A DNA stretch of 61,240 bases from Octopus bimaculoides. Its lineage: Eukaryota. The notes under the pieces are model-generated. The model had not been told where the DNA came from and did no database searches. It worked only from the letters and a program-made list of their open reading frames with translations. Shown piece after piece: positions 26,018 through 38,349 of the stretch. The stretch covers positions 152,426,945 through 152,488,184 of the forward strand of contig NC_068983.1 of NCBI RefSeq assembly GCF_001194135.2, in the 5' to 3' direction. Position 1 is the stretch's first letter. Every line of letters begins with the position of its first letter. The position numbers and the translations under genes are program-made.

Positions 26018-26854
26018 TTGTATGTATATGTGCATGCACCTATGTTTATGTTCTTTTGTGTATGCATATGCATGCATGTGCGTAAGCATGTGTGCATAAG
26101 TGGAGTGGGGGCGTGAGTTACCGCTTCATTGGCAGTGTAATGGAGATAATATTTACAAACACAGTATGATAATACTGTTCGGGAGACACTGTAAGATTAG
26201 GGCTAACGAACGAATATGCATATGACAAGGAGTTTATTAGAGAACAACACAGAAGAGTGAAGTTAACAGAAAGCAGTAAAGCGAGATTGGGAAAAAAAGT
26301 GCGTGTGGATGAAAGAGGGAGAGAAGTTTTAGTTTCATTAGTTAAGTTGAAGAGAGAGAGAGAGAGAGTGTGTGAGAGGGGGTGAGGGAGATATGAAGAG
26401 GGGGGATATGAAGAAGGGGGGATATGAAGAGGGAAAATTAACGAGGATATGAACGATATGTAGATGACAGGGAGGAGAGACTGTGTGAGTATCTATGAGT
26501 ATAAGTATATGCATATATATGTACACACACACATCGACATGTACGTGTACCTACAGATGTCCTTTATACATGTATGTGTGAGTCTGTGTATATATGTATG
26601 TATATATGTATATGTGTATGTATACATATAAGTGCTTATATCTATTTTTGTTTATGCTTATATATATGTGTGTGTGNNNNNNNNNNNNNNNNNNNNNNNN
26701 NNNNNNNNNNNNNNNNNNNNNNNNNNNNNNNNNNNNNNNNNNNNNNNNNNNNNNNNNNNNNNNNNNNNNNNNNNNNNNNNNNNNNNNNNNNNNNNNNNNN
26801 NNNNNNNNNNNNNNNNNNNATACGTATATGTATACACACATCTCTCTCTCTCTT

Positions 26855-26885
<31 letters not shown>

Positions 26886-28187
26886 GTATGTATATATGTA
26901 TATGTGTATGTATACATATAAGTGCTTATATCTATTTTTGTTTATGCTTATATATATGTGTGTGTGTATTCATATGCATTTGTAAATGTATACATACAAG
27001 TGTATGTATGCGCTTACATGCACATGAGCATATATACATTCATCAATGTATATACGCATCACAGAATCACTTACACACGCAGACGCAGATGTATAGATAC
27101 ATAGTTATATACACACACACACACACACACACATACACACACATATATATATACATATACACATGCATATGTATACACGGGTGCGTACTTTTGTGTTTCT
27201 ATACGTGTCTCTGAGTATGTTTGTGTTATGTTTGTCATTGTATACTCACACAAGCACAAACATTCACACATACATACATACACTCGTGCACACACACACG
27301 CACACGCACATATACATATACACATACACGCACGCGCACAGTCATACATGCGCGCGCGCAAACACAAGCACATATGTTCCTCAAAGTCAAACAATGGTTT
27401 AGAGAAAGATAGAAAACAATATGTAATACGTTAGGGAGAAAGAAAGAAGGAAATAGAAAAACAACAGACACAGATGGAGAATGTCTGGGAGTGTCAGTTG
27501 TAGCTTCCAACTTTTAGTGAATGTTCATTAATGTCTTTCTTCAAAGGTAATTGAACTTCTCAAGACTGTAGCTGCACTCTTGCGGAATCTTCGGATTAAT
27601 TACATGCATCGTTGAAACGAACAAGGAGCATAAAGGAATAAGAAATAAAAGCCACAACAATAGCAATATCAATATTATAAGAAAGGAAAACAAAATGGCC
27701 ATTGTTTGTTTAAATAAATCATTAGATATATACTGATGGCGTGTGGTGGTAATGGCGATGGTGATTCAGAATCACGTAGCCCAGTGTGTTGTAGGGGGTC
27801 TTTCATGAAAGATATCTTGAGGAAATCAGCTTCGAGCAATCAGTCCTTCCCTTGATCTGAACGTTGTAAGATAATGAAACACTCAACAATTTTATAGTGC
27901 TGTCGCGACATAAAACAGTGATTTATTTCCACCCAGTGGATCTATTTATAGTTAAGTAGACTGATTGTCGTCTCATTGAAATGTTTGTTGGCCCTGACCG
28001 ATCATCTCCATGAGTAAAAGAGTGCTAACCCGCGACAATGCCATTATTTTTTTTTATGAGTATTGACTACATCCTTTAATGTGTCTTTCTTAAAAAAATT
28101 AAACAACGGGCTGCGATTTGAAGCAAATTTGTCTGATATTTTTAGCGAACACATAGACATTATTGTTTGGCTGGAGGCGATAGCACG

Positions 28188-28236
<49 letters not shown>

Positions 28237-28607
28237 ACACAACACTGCCAAATCTGAAACTAATCGAATAGGCATCACTAAAATGAACAGTTGCTGACTC
28301 TTTACAATGCTCAAATGAGTTGCAATTTGAGATAGTTGGGGCAAGAAGGGACGATCAATAAAGGTTTAGGATCTTTTTTAAAACGGGGGCCACATTTTTC
28401 ATTAACGAAACACTTTGAAACTTGGAACACTGGTAGAATGTGTCATATAAAACATCTTTTTCTCTTAGTCTTCTTAAAAAAAAAAAGAAATCCATAAGTT
28501 ATTCCATGTTAAAGTTGTCGTATTTCTGTAATTTCAACCAATCACTGACGTCCATTCAGCCGATATACATTAAGTGCCGACTACATAAACAAACGATTCT
28601 GAAACAA

Positions 28608-28659
28608 TTAACCCTAACCCTAACCCTAGGGTTAGGGTTAGGGTTAGGGTTAGGGTTAA
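28608..28659. repeat. Interstitial inverted telomeric-type repeat (TAACCC)3-TA-(GGGTTA)5 bounded by TTAA
   Basis: TTAACCCTAACCCTAACCCT|AGGGTTAGGGTTAGGGTTAGGGTTAGGGTTAA read directly. Confidence 0.95.
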
Positions 28660-29071
28660 AGCAAATNNNNNNNNNNNNNNNNNNNNNNNNNNNNNNNNNN
28701 NNNNNNNNNNNNNNNNNNNNNNNNNNNNNNNNNNNNNNNNNNNNNNNNNNNNNNNNNNNNNNNNNNNNNNNNNNNNNNNNNNNNNNNNNNNNNNNNNNNN
28801 NNNNNNNNNNNNNNNNNNNNNNNNNNNNNNNNNNNNNNNNNNNNNNNNNNNNNNNNNNNNNNNNNNNNNNNNNNNNNNNNNNNNNNNNNNNNNNNNNNNN
28901 NNNNNNNNNNNNNNNNNNNNNNNNNNNNNNNNNNNNNNNNNNNNNNNNNNNNNNNNNNNNNNNNNNNNNNNNNNNNNNNNNNNNNNNNNNNNNNNNNNNN
29001 NNNNNNNNNNNNNNNNNNNNNNNNNNNNNNNNNNNNNNNNNNNNNNNNNNNNNNNNNNNNNNNNNNNNNNN

Positions 29072-29148
<77 letters not shown>

Positions 29149-29587
29149 CTGTGTGTCTGTGTGTGTGTGCAAGTTCTGAGAAGTAAAAGAAATGTATTAA
29201 TTGGTGTATTACGAGTGCTGAATATATATGTAATGTGTGCATTTATTAGTATACTGTGTGTGTGTCTGTCTGTCTGTCTGTCTAAACAGGAGATCATGCT
29301 CCATGATTAGAACTTTGCCAAAAGACTCGATCTTAACATTATTGCTGAAAAATTATTACTTTTTAAAATTTAATTTCATCTCTCTAGAAAGCCTCGCAGC
29401 TGACTCCATCTTGCACATTTTATCCAGAATATTGTCGAAGGAATCATGCGCTTATATCTCATGGGCGCGTGTGACACTCTGAGAAATTATGTAGTAAGCC
29501 TACATATAATACACACTCAGGCATACACATATATTATATACTTGTATAATGTGTTGCATTGTGAAACTTTACACATCATTAGACAAC

Positions 29588-29796
29588 ATGCAAGTGGCTG
29601 AGACCTCCACAGACAGGTGTATCCTTGACATAGTTCTCAGGGAGAATCAGCTAGCGCTTTGAAATACAGGTACTACTCATTTTTGCCAACTGTGTGGACT
29701 GGAGCAACGTGAAATAAAATGTCTTGCGCAAAGACACAACGCGTCGCTAAGCATTTCGCCCGGCATGTTAACGTTTCTACCAGCTCGCCCGCCTTA
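29588..29796 (-). mobile_element. Chimeric SINE (S1 head plus S4 body and S3-like tail)
   Basis: Minus: GGCGGGCGAGCTGGTAGAAACGTTAACATGCCGGGCGAAATGCTTAGCG|ACGCGTTGTGTCTTTGCGCAAGACATTTTATTTCACGTTGCTCCAGTCCAC. Confidence 0.75.
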
Positions 29797-29929
29797 TGAT
29801 CGCGGTAAACTGAAATGTTACCGCTGTCGTTTTTTTTTTCTTGTCTTTCATTCATGCATTGCCTTTGAGTATCAAAGTCGATCTAATTCTTTATAACCTT
29901 CCCCACTCTTTGCAAAAAGATTAATATTA

Positions 29930-30132
29930 GTTTCAAATTTTGGCACAAATTCAGCAATTTTGAGGGGTATTACATCGATTCTGGTGAAATACTAGTACTT
30001 AATTTTTCGGCCCTGAAAGGATGAAAGGCAAAGTCTACCGCGGCGGAATTTGAACTCAGAACGCAAAGACGGACGAAATACCGCTAAGCATTTCGCCCGG
30101 CATGCTAACGTTTCTGCTAGCTCGCCCGTCTT
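29930..30132 (-). mobile_element. S1 SINE (tail C)
   Basis: Reverse-complement head, core and tail. Confidence 0.88.
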
Positions 30133-31034
30133 ATATAGAATATAAATGGTCAACAATAGAGAAATGTTTTGCTCTTAAACATGCGTTCATGGAATTATGG
30201 TAGCTATGCTTATCTTTTCTTTACATTTATGTGTATACATGAGAAAAAAGTACGCGTATGAAAAATGTATATGTTTACAGTTGTTTGTCTAAATATGTTA
30301 CACCAGACCCAAGGATAAAACTCGTAACAATAATCAGTGAAAATGGGTGAAAAAGCTTCTTGTTATTCAAGTTCTTATAGTTTTAGTTCCCGAATTAAAA
30401 CACAGGGAAATTCAGAATTAATTACACTTCTATTTACAAATTCATGAACGTAAACGTAAGCCTATTAACAATTTATCCTGAAACACCCTTCTCAGTGCTT
30501 CAGTTAATATCTTTACACATTTTTGTGTATGTATATTTTTATGTATTCATATACGCTTGTGCATATTTTAGTATATATAATTTTAGTTGAAAGCATGAAT
30601 ACTTTCGTTTACATACATCTACAGTTACGTACGTGTCTAAGTATGTGCGTACACCATTAGCGTGTATATGCTTGCATACATGTGTATGCTCGCGCGTGTG
30701 TTTGTGTGTGTGTCTTATTCCAGCTGATTTGATTTTCATTTCCTTCAAGCGCAGCTCTTTTCCATTACAGTGTTATAGATGCTGTCGTTTCTATAGGATC
30801 TGCATTTGCAACTAATTAGCAGCATAGTTTACAGAAATTGGCGAGCTTTAAGATGAACAACTAATACATCAACATCAACGCAAGTATACACAGCAATAAC
30901 AACAGCAGAAATAACATGTTAACAACAAAACAAAAACAACAAAAAAAGCATCACGAAGAATATAAGAATACCAACAACAGAAGCAGCATTTACGATAGAG
31001 TTCGTAGTACTCATAAAGATTTGCTTTATACCCA

Positions 31035-31193
31035 GAAGTGGCTGTGTGGTAAGTAGCTTGCTTACCAACCACATGGTTCCGGGTTCATTCCCACTGCGTG
31101 GCACCCTGGGTAAGCGTCTTCTACTATAGCCTCGGGCCGACCAAAGCCTTGTGACTGGATTTGGTAGACGGAAACTGAAAGAAGCCCATCGTA

Positions 31194-31224
<31 letters not shown>

Positions 31225-31595
31225 NNNNNNNNNNNNNNNNNNNNNNNNNNNNNNNNNNNNNNNNNNNNNNNNNNNNNNNNNNNNNNNNNNNNNNNNNNNN
31301 NNNNNNNNNNNNNNNNNNNNNNNNNNNNNNNNNNNNNNNNNNNNNNNNNNNNNNNNNNNNNNNNNNNNNNNNNNNNNNNNNNNNNNNNNNNNNNNNNNNN
31401 NNNNNNNNNNNNNNNNNNNNNNNNNNNNNNNNNNNNNNNNNNCCCGTAACTTAGCGGTTCGGCAAAATAGACCGATAGAATAAGTACTAGGCATCTAAAG
31501 AATTAGTCCAGGGGTCGATTTACTCGACTAAAGGCGGTGCTCCAGCATGGCCGCAGTCAAATGACTGAAAACAAGTAAAAGAGAGTAAAAGAGAG
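31035..31595 (+). mobile_element. S2 tRNA-derived SINE, full length, internal microsatellite and gap
   Basis: Head GTGGCTGTGTGGTAAG, B-box GGTTCATTCCC, core CCTGGGTAAGCGTCTTCTACTATAGCCTCGGGCCGACC, (TA)n plus N gap, 3' tail. Confidence 0.9.
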
Positions 31596-31861
31596 AAGTG
31601 GGGAATATAAAGTAGTGAGATTAATTAAGTTGCGGCACGTGGGACACTTGTGAAACATGTGTCACTAGTTTCTACTTTCAGTGTGAAAGCATCCGATTGA
31701 CCAAATATTTTCGAATACAACTACAGCAACAACACAAACAGCAAGAACGACAACAAAAACCACCACCACCAACACCACTACAACTACAACAAAATTCGAG
31801 AGCTACTGAAGTCACTGAGTGTCTCTACCGGTCGACTTTCAAGAATTAGTAGCCAATCAGT

Positions 31862-32700
31862 GTCTCTGATTCTACTCGCGTATTTGCCATGCGGTGATTT
31901 TTGCTCTCGTTTCTCCTTTATATATTGGAGGCTGGTCTGTTTGCCTATATTTGTTTTGCCTTATCCTTTGGAGATACCTTTTGCTTCGGGTACTGGTTCA
32001 TCCAGTCGCATTTCTCGAAGGTATATAATTACATTTGTCGTCACTGAATGCAACTTTTTACTGACTTTTACATTCAGTCGTTTGTTTGTTTCAGATATGA
32101 ATATAGCTTTATGGTCACAATTTTATGAGTTGAGATTGTATAAATCAAGGACCGCTTTCTTTTCTCGGCAGGTATATTCGGGATATGTCTGCTTTTGGAT
32201 GCGTTGTCATCAGCTATCGGATATTGACATCGGTTTTGTTGATCTTAGAACTGCACAACTTTATAAGATTGATGTTGCATGTCACTACAGGTATGGCTTA
32301 AGTGCTTTTGACCTCAGTTTATTTTCTGGCATTAAACACAAGTTTCAGAATAGCTTATTCGATGATAGCATTCCTTTCTTATCTTTCCTTATTAGTGATT
32401 GCTTAATCCCATCTCCCATACAGATCCCTAGATACTTATAGCTGCCCTTAGATTATAATTCTTTTACTTCGGTTTCTCTGTTTAAGGAGATGTTGCATGG
32501 GCTCAATAAATTCTCCTTGACAAATGTAGCCTTGGTTTATTTATCAAGCACAGATTCCATTTTGATCTCATTTGTAAATTGTTTGATTATGTGAAAGAAC
32601 ACTTATTCCAGAATCAAGAATTTCTTCCTCTGCAGGGGACTTTTATTTTGATTGTGCTCTACTCAATGTGCCTATAGAATTTCTTAGCTTTATTTTCAAG
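31862..32700 (-). mobile_element. R4/Dong-like LINE internal fragment (RT thumb)
   Basis: Minus: NEIKMESVLDK..SLNRETEVKEL..GSYKYLGICMGDGIK..AIPVVT..HPKADISRIYLPRK. Confidence 0.8.
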
Positions 32701-33086
32701 TATGTTATTTCTAAACAACACGGGTAGTTTCTCGAAGCGGTGCCAATGCACAGCTGTTGCCTTCGCTTTGGCCTTCACTTTTCGTTTTATTTTATATATT
32801 CTTTAGCAGTAAATTGCTGTCCAGACTTTAATTCTCCACATCTTCCTCCTCCTCCTCCTCCTCCTNNNNNNNNNNNNNNNNNNNNNNNNNNNNNNNNNNN
32901 NNNNNNNNNNNNNNNNNNNNNNNNNNNNNNNNNNNNNNNNNNNNNNNNNNNNNNNNNNNNNNNNNNNNNNNNNNNNNNNNNNNNNNNNNNNNNNNNNNNN
33001 NNNNNNNNTTCTTCTTCTTCATCTTCTTCTTCTTCTTCTTCTTCTTCTTCTTCTTCTTCTTCTTCTTCTTCTTCGTCTTCTTCTTC

Positions 33087-33520
33087 TGTGCCCTCACTTT
33101 CAATTGGAACTTGAAAAAAATCGATGAGGGCTTGACTGAAGAGTAATGTGTCTTTCCTCAATCCCTTCAACCAGGTTCAGGTTCATCACACTATCTCTCT
33201 CACCATAGCTTCAAGAGAAAAAAGACACCACCCACTTTGCCTTGTTAAAGATGGCTGATGGAGCGACCCTCATAATGGATTCTTCCTGTAGTCGGTTTCA
33301 TCTAACCCATGATAACAGTTGATCGATAACTCTACTCGGACATTGTACGAGTGCGTGCTCCACGTTTTTATCTCTCCGTGCGCATTTCGAGCAGTGTTGG
33401 CTGACGGCGGTTCCGTGCATGTAGAGTTTATCTCGAACTGGCAGAGCTCCTCGGTAGTACTACTAGGTCAGGGATTTTTTGAAATTATCCATGATAAACC
33501 GTTACCTGATGGACTGAAAA
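33087..33520 (-). mobile_element. L1/Tx1-like LINE fragment with zf-RVT knuckle
   Basis: Minus: YRGALPVRDKLYMHGTAVSQHCSKCARRDKNVEHALVQCPS and MKGLRKDTLLFSQALIDFF. Confidence 0.8.
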
Positions 33521-33675
33521 GTATTGAAATTTATACTTGCACAGTCAACCTGTAGAAAAAGGGTAATCTTGTATTCTACAAGTATCCAAAGAAAAATTTT
33601 TGAGATTTGAGGAGATAACTGTCACCAAACTCCAAGAAAATATTCCTGGTCACTAAATTGACATGCTATAGTTTG

Positions 33676-33719
<44 letters not shown>

Positions 33720-33932
33720 TTGGTTTCAAATTTTGGCACAAGGCCAGTAGTTTTGGGGGAGGGGGTAAGTCGGTTACATCAACCCCAATGCTCAGGTTAT
33801 TTTTATCAACCCCCTAATGAAGGATAGGCAAAGTCGACCTTGGCGGAATTTGAACTCAGAACGTGAGGACGGAGGAAATTCCGCTAAGCATTTTTCCCGG
33901 CATACTAACGATTCTGCCAGCACGTCACCTTT
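33720..33932 (-). mobile_element. S1 SINE (tail C)
   Basis: Reverse-complement head, core and tail abutting (AAT)n. Confidence 0.85.
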
Positions 33933-34692
33933 AATACTAATAATAATGTTAATCAAACGTGTGTACGTATGAGGTAGTGAACATTTATACACAACAAACT
34001 CAACTCAACTCAGCATATATACTCGAAAGGTACAGATAACTCAACATATAGACGAACAGAAACGCAGAAAGTTTAATTTAACCGACATTACAGAGGTAGA
34101 TAAAAAGTACTGCAGCACCTGTAAATGTATGCGAACGATATACCCCTCTGCCTGGATATCGAAACAGTAACGATTTTGATCTAGTGCCAAATCTGCAAAT
34201 CAATAAATAAATAATACCCACTCTAGTAAAGCTTAACTTTCTTACAACTTAAGCTTCATTATTTCTTTTCCTTTCATAGCAAACTGGTCTTCTAAATCAG
34301 AAGAAAAAACAAAGGAGAAGTTTAATCTCGAGGCTACTTGAATGAAATTGAATCGAAATACAAAATTTGGCTCTTTTCCAATAGTATTTTGATCAATAGA
34401 AAGGATATATGTGTTGCTCTAGGGATATTTCTATGTCGAAGTGAACCAAAACTATTCTCTGACTCAACCAACCATCACAACTAATTCCCAATATAAAAGA
34501 AAATGAAAGAAAATAGATGAATACAGCCAATATTATTTGTCATATAATTTCAATACTCTATGGAAAGACATTGCAAAACGCATGCTTATATACTGATATG
34601 CATTTCACACATTAGATGTATTTGTTTATGTGTGTAAATATGTGTGTTTACATACACATATATAAACATACAAACGTACATACATACACACA

Positions 34693-34738
<46 letters not shown>

Positions 34739-34963
34739 NNNNNNNNNNACACATTTACTCAAACGTGAACAAGCACATATATGTATATTATGTATATATA
34801 ATATTTATTCACATGCACAAACATACGTATAAATGCTAGTTCGAATCTGTTGATTTCTCGCGGCGTTACTCCGATCAAATCGCTTCAGTGCATTGAATCG
34901 AGTCACAGAGAATTAATCCAAACGGTTGGAATTCGCAACCCGTTCTTTGTATTTTGTTGGTTT

Positions 34964-34994
<31 letters not shown>

Positions 34995-35370
34995 TTTTTT
35001 ATTATTATTCACGATTGTTCAGATGATAAAAATGACGATGCTGGCCTTGAGCACAAAGCATCACAGGTTACAGAGTATTGTGTTCTAGCAAATAATTATG
35101 CTCCTCAATATAACGTCATCAATACCATTCGACCAATGCTGACTAATGAAGAAACGAAAAGTGAACGTAATTGTGTGGCGAATCCTAACCAATCCATTCA
35201 TCAGTATGGCATTAGGAAGACTATTTACTTTTAGAAGCTAGGAGGTGATAGGTAATCATATTCAAAAGAATAAATAAAAGATAATGTTGTTACCTTTACC
35301 TTTTCTGTATCCGTGTATACAGGCATGAATGCATACATACATTCATATATACACAGACACACACATACAC

Positions 35371-35861
35371 GTGGCTGTGGTAAGTGACTTGCTTATCAAT
35401 CACATGGTTCCGGGTTCAGTCCCACTTTGTGGCACCTTGGGTAAGTGACTTCTACTATGGCCTCGGGCCGACCAAATCCTTGTGAGTGGATTTGGTAGAC
35501 GGAAACTGAAAGAAGCTCATCATATATATATATATATATATANNNNNNNNNNNNNNNNNNNNNNNNNNNNNNNNNNNNNNNNNNNNNNNNNNNNNNNNNN
35601 NNNNNNNNNNNNNNNNNNNNNNNNNNNNNNNNNNNNNNNNNNNNNNNNNNNNNNNNNNNNNNNNNNNNNNNNNNNNNNNNNNNNNNNNNNNNNNNNNNNN
35701 NNNNNNNNNNNNNNNNNNNNNNNNNNNNNNNNNNNNNNNNNNNNNNNNNNNNNNNNNNNNNNNNNNNNNNNNNNNNNNNNNNNNNNNNNNNNNNNNNNNN
35801 NNNNNNNNNNNNNNNNNNNNNNNNNNNNNNNNNNNNNNNNNNNNNNNNNNNNNNNNNNNNN

Positions 35862-35923
<62 letters not shown>

Positions 35924-36005
35924 TGTGTTTGTGTCTGTGTTTGATGCCCCAACATCGCTTGACAACCGATGCTTGTGTATTTACGTCCCCCTAACCTAGC
36001 AGTTC
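35371..36005 (+). mobile_element. S2 SINE with internal microsatellite and gap, 3' truncated
   Basis: Head and core as in the 31035 copy; the 3' half stops at CCTAGCAGTTCG. Confidence 0.85.
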
Positions 36006-36079
36006 GTCAACCTTTCATATCATTCTTCCTGACTACGCCATCGATATTGTCCAAAGGAAAGACAAATGCCGATACTAAG

Positions 36080-36197
36080 TAAACTGGAGCAACATGAAAT
36101 AAAGTGTCTTCTTCAAGAACACAAGAAGACCAGTCTGGGAATTTAACACACAACCTCACGATTGCAAGTCCGACGCTCTAACCACTTAGTCATGATC
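36080..36197 (-). mobile_element. S4 SINE 5' part, degenerate
   Basis: CTGGAGCAACATGAAATAAAGTGTCTT...CTCTAACCACTTAG is the reverse complement of the S4 head and core at 48850. Confidence 0.65.
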
Positions 36198-36500
36198 TTT
36201 CACACACACACAGACACACACACATGTATATACCTGTATACATCCGCGCATATACACACACACGCACACACACATATATACACACATATAAGTTCTTTGA
36301 AAAATTGCGCTGCAGCTGCCAACTCATTTGCAAATGTGTTGGGCTCGGCAGATTAAACGACAGTAGTACCACTTGGAATATTCTAAAATAAAATAAAATT
36401 GAAAATTCAACATATATTATTGTCAATATTACTAACTTTTGAGTAAAATAACATTCAAATCAATATTAACTTTACTAGCATACCGTGAAAAACGCTTATC

Positions 36501-37027
36501 GGCAGAATCGTTAGCACGCCGGGCGAAATGCTTAGCGGGATTTCGTCTGCCGTTACGTTCTGAGTTCAAATTCCGCCGAGGTTGACTTTGCCTTTCATCC
36601 TTTCGGGGTCGATTAAATAAGTACCAGTTACGCACTGGGGTCGATATAATCGACTTAATCTGTTTGTCTGTCCTTGTTTGTCCCCTCTGTGTATAACCCC
36701 TTGTGGGCAGTAAAGAAATAGGTATTTCGTCAGCCGTTACGTTCTGAGTTAAAATTCGGCCGAGGTCGACTTTGCCTTTCATCCTTTCGGGGTCGATAAA
36801 TTAAGTACTAGTTACGCACTGGGGTCGATGTAAACGACTTAATCCGTTCGTCTGTTCTTGTTTGTTCCCTCTATGTTTAGCCCCTTGTGGGCAATAACGA
36901 AATAGGTATTTTGTCCGTCTTTAGGTTTTGAGTTCAAATTCCACTGAGTTGAGCAATGGGGTCGATGACTGCGACTTATCCTCTCACCTGATCTTGTTGA
37001 CCTTGTGCCAAAATCCGAAACCAATAT
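36501..37027 (+). mobile_element. S1 SINE trimer
   Basis: Units start at 36501, 36721 and 36905; units 2 and 3 begin at GGTATTT after GAAATA; period 184 bp. Confidence 0.9.
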
Positions 37028-37139
37028 TAACATTAGTAATCATATTGTTCATTCAAGACGAGTCTGTGCTTTTCAAGAAGGTTCTTGAGTCATATACTTG
37101 TTATTACACAGGAGTTTTGTAAGTTTGTAAAAGGAAAAT

Positions 37140-37370
37140 ATTGATTTCAAATTTTGGCAAGGACGCCAGCAAATTCGGGGGAAAGAGTAAATCGATTAAT
37201 TCGACCCCAGTGCTCAATTGGCACTTATTTTATCTAACCCGAAGGGATGAAAGATGAAATCGACCTGCGCAAATTTGAACTTAGAACGTAAAGACGGACG
37301 AAATGCCGCTAAGCATTTTGCCGGAAACATTTGGTTGGAAGCAAACTTCTTACCACACAGCCACGCCTAC
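37140..37370 (-). mobile_element. Chimeric SINE (S2 head plus S1 body and tail)
   Basis: Minus: GTAGGCGTGGCTGTGTGGTAAGAAGTTTGCTTCCAACCAAATGTTTCCGG|CAAAATGCTTAGCGGCATTTCGTCCGTC. Confidence 0.8.
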
Positions 37371-37718
37371 GTGGTAAATTGAAAATATTAAAAGCATTGT
37401 ATTACCGCATGTTCCTAAATGATGCCTTAATGAGATTTGGCTGATCGTAAAACAACTACCGCAGTCTATATATTCTTGTCTAATGGATTTTGATATGTTG
37501 TCTAAAGTTTTCAGACATCAACTTTTCTATCATCACCATGCTGACCTTCTGTTTCCACTCAGCTCATTTTCTGTGTAAAATACAGATAAACAAATGATTA
37601 AATAAAATTTCTCTACAGAAACATTTTTTAAATATACAAATAAATCCATTGTTCCTTCTCTACAAAACTCAGAATTATTAAGGCATATTTTTTTACTTCC
37701 ATTAGGAGAGGAACTCAC

Positions 37719-37833
37719 CAGACAAAGCTAACGACGTGACGGACAGAAAAAAAACCCATAGTCATTCAGCCCTTCTCTTGTTAAAATCAATGCGCAATAA
37801 CTCCACTCGTGAAGTATAGCGTATTTATTTATA
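37719..37833 (-). other. Candidate core promoter and first exon
   Basis: Minus: TATAAATA (37833-37826), ATGs at 37765 and 37759, consensus donor TCTG|GTGAGT at 37719/37718. Motif evidence only. Confidence 0.25.
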
Positions 37834-38154
37834 ATTAGATAGACTCCGCAATTAGAAGCGCTATAGTGAAAAGCTGGACTTAGACAGGAGTCGGGAGTTC
37901 GGTTCGTCTCATTTTTAAATAAGTAGAACAAAGTTGCTATTGTTGTTGCCGTTTGTTTGTTTTTTTCTTTTAGTCTCTATCCGTCTAAATTTAGGGACCT
38001 AAAATAGGGGTCCGAGCTGTGTCTATCCAATCTCCTTGCATTGAGCGAAGTATTTTTAGGACTACACGATCCAATGTATACTAAATAATTTATAATTCGA
38101 AGTAGATATATCTCCCAAGTCAGGTATAGAGACTCCTTCGAGTAATATAATACT

Positions 38155-38349
38155 CTTTTCTACTCTAGACACAAGGCCCAAAATTTTAGGGGATGGGGAC
38201 CAGTCAATTAGATCCCAGTACACAACTGGTACTTAATTTATCGACTCCGAAAGGATGAGAGCCAAAGTCGACCTCGGTGGAATTTGAACTCAGACCGTAA
38301 AAACAGACGAAATATTGCTAGGGATTATTTAACGATTCTGCCAGCTTCA
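38155..38349 (-). mobile_element. S1 SINE with 14-bp TSD
   Basis: TSD AGTAATATAATACT at 38141-38154 and 38350-38363. Confidence 0.9.

Noticed and set aside
26591-26966. Exact 86-bp direct repeat (26591-26676 = 26881-26966) across a gap
   Set aside because: Identical copies on either side of an N gap most likely reflect overlapping contig ends, an assembly artefact.
31860-32441. 193-aa plus-strand ORF
   Set aside because: Antisense shadow of the minus-strand Dong-like LINE fragment.
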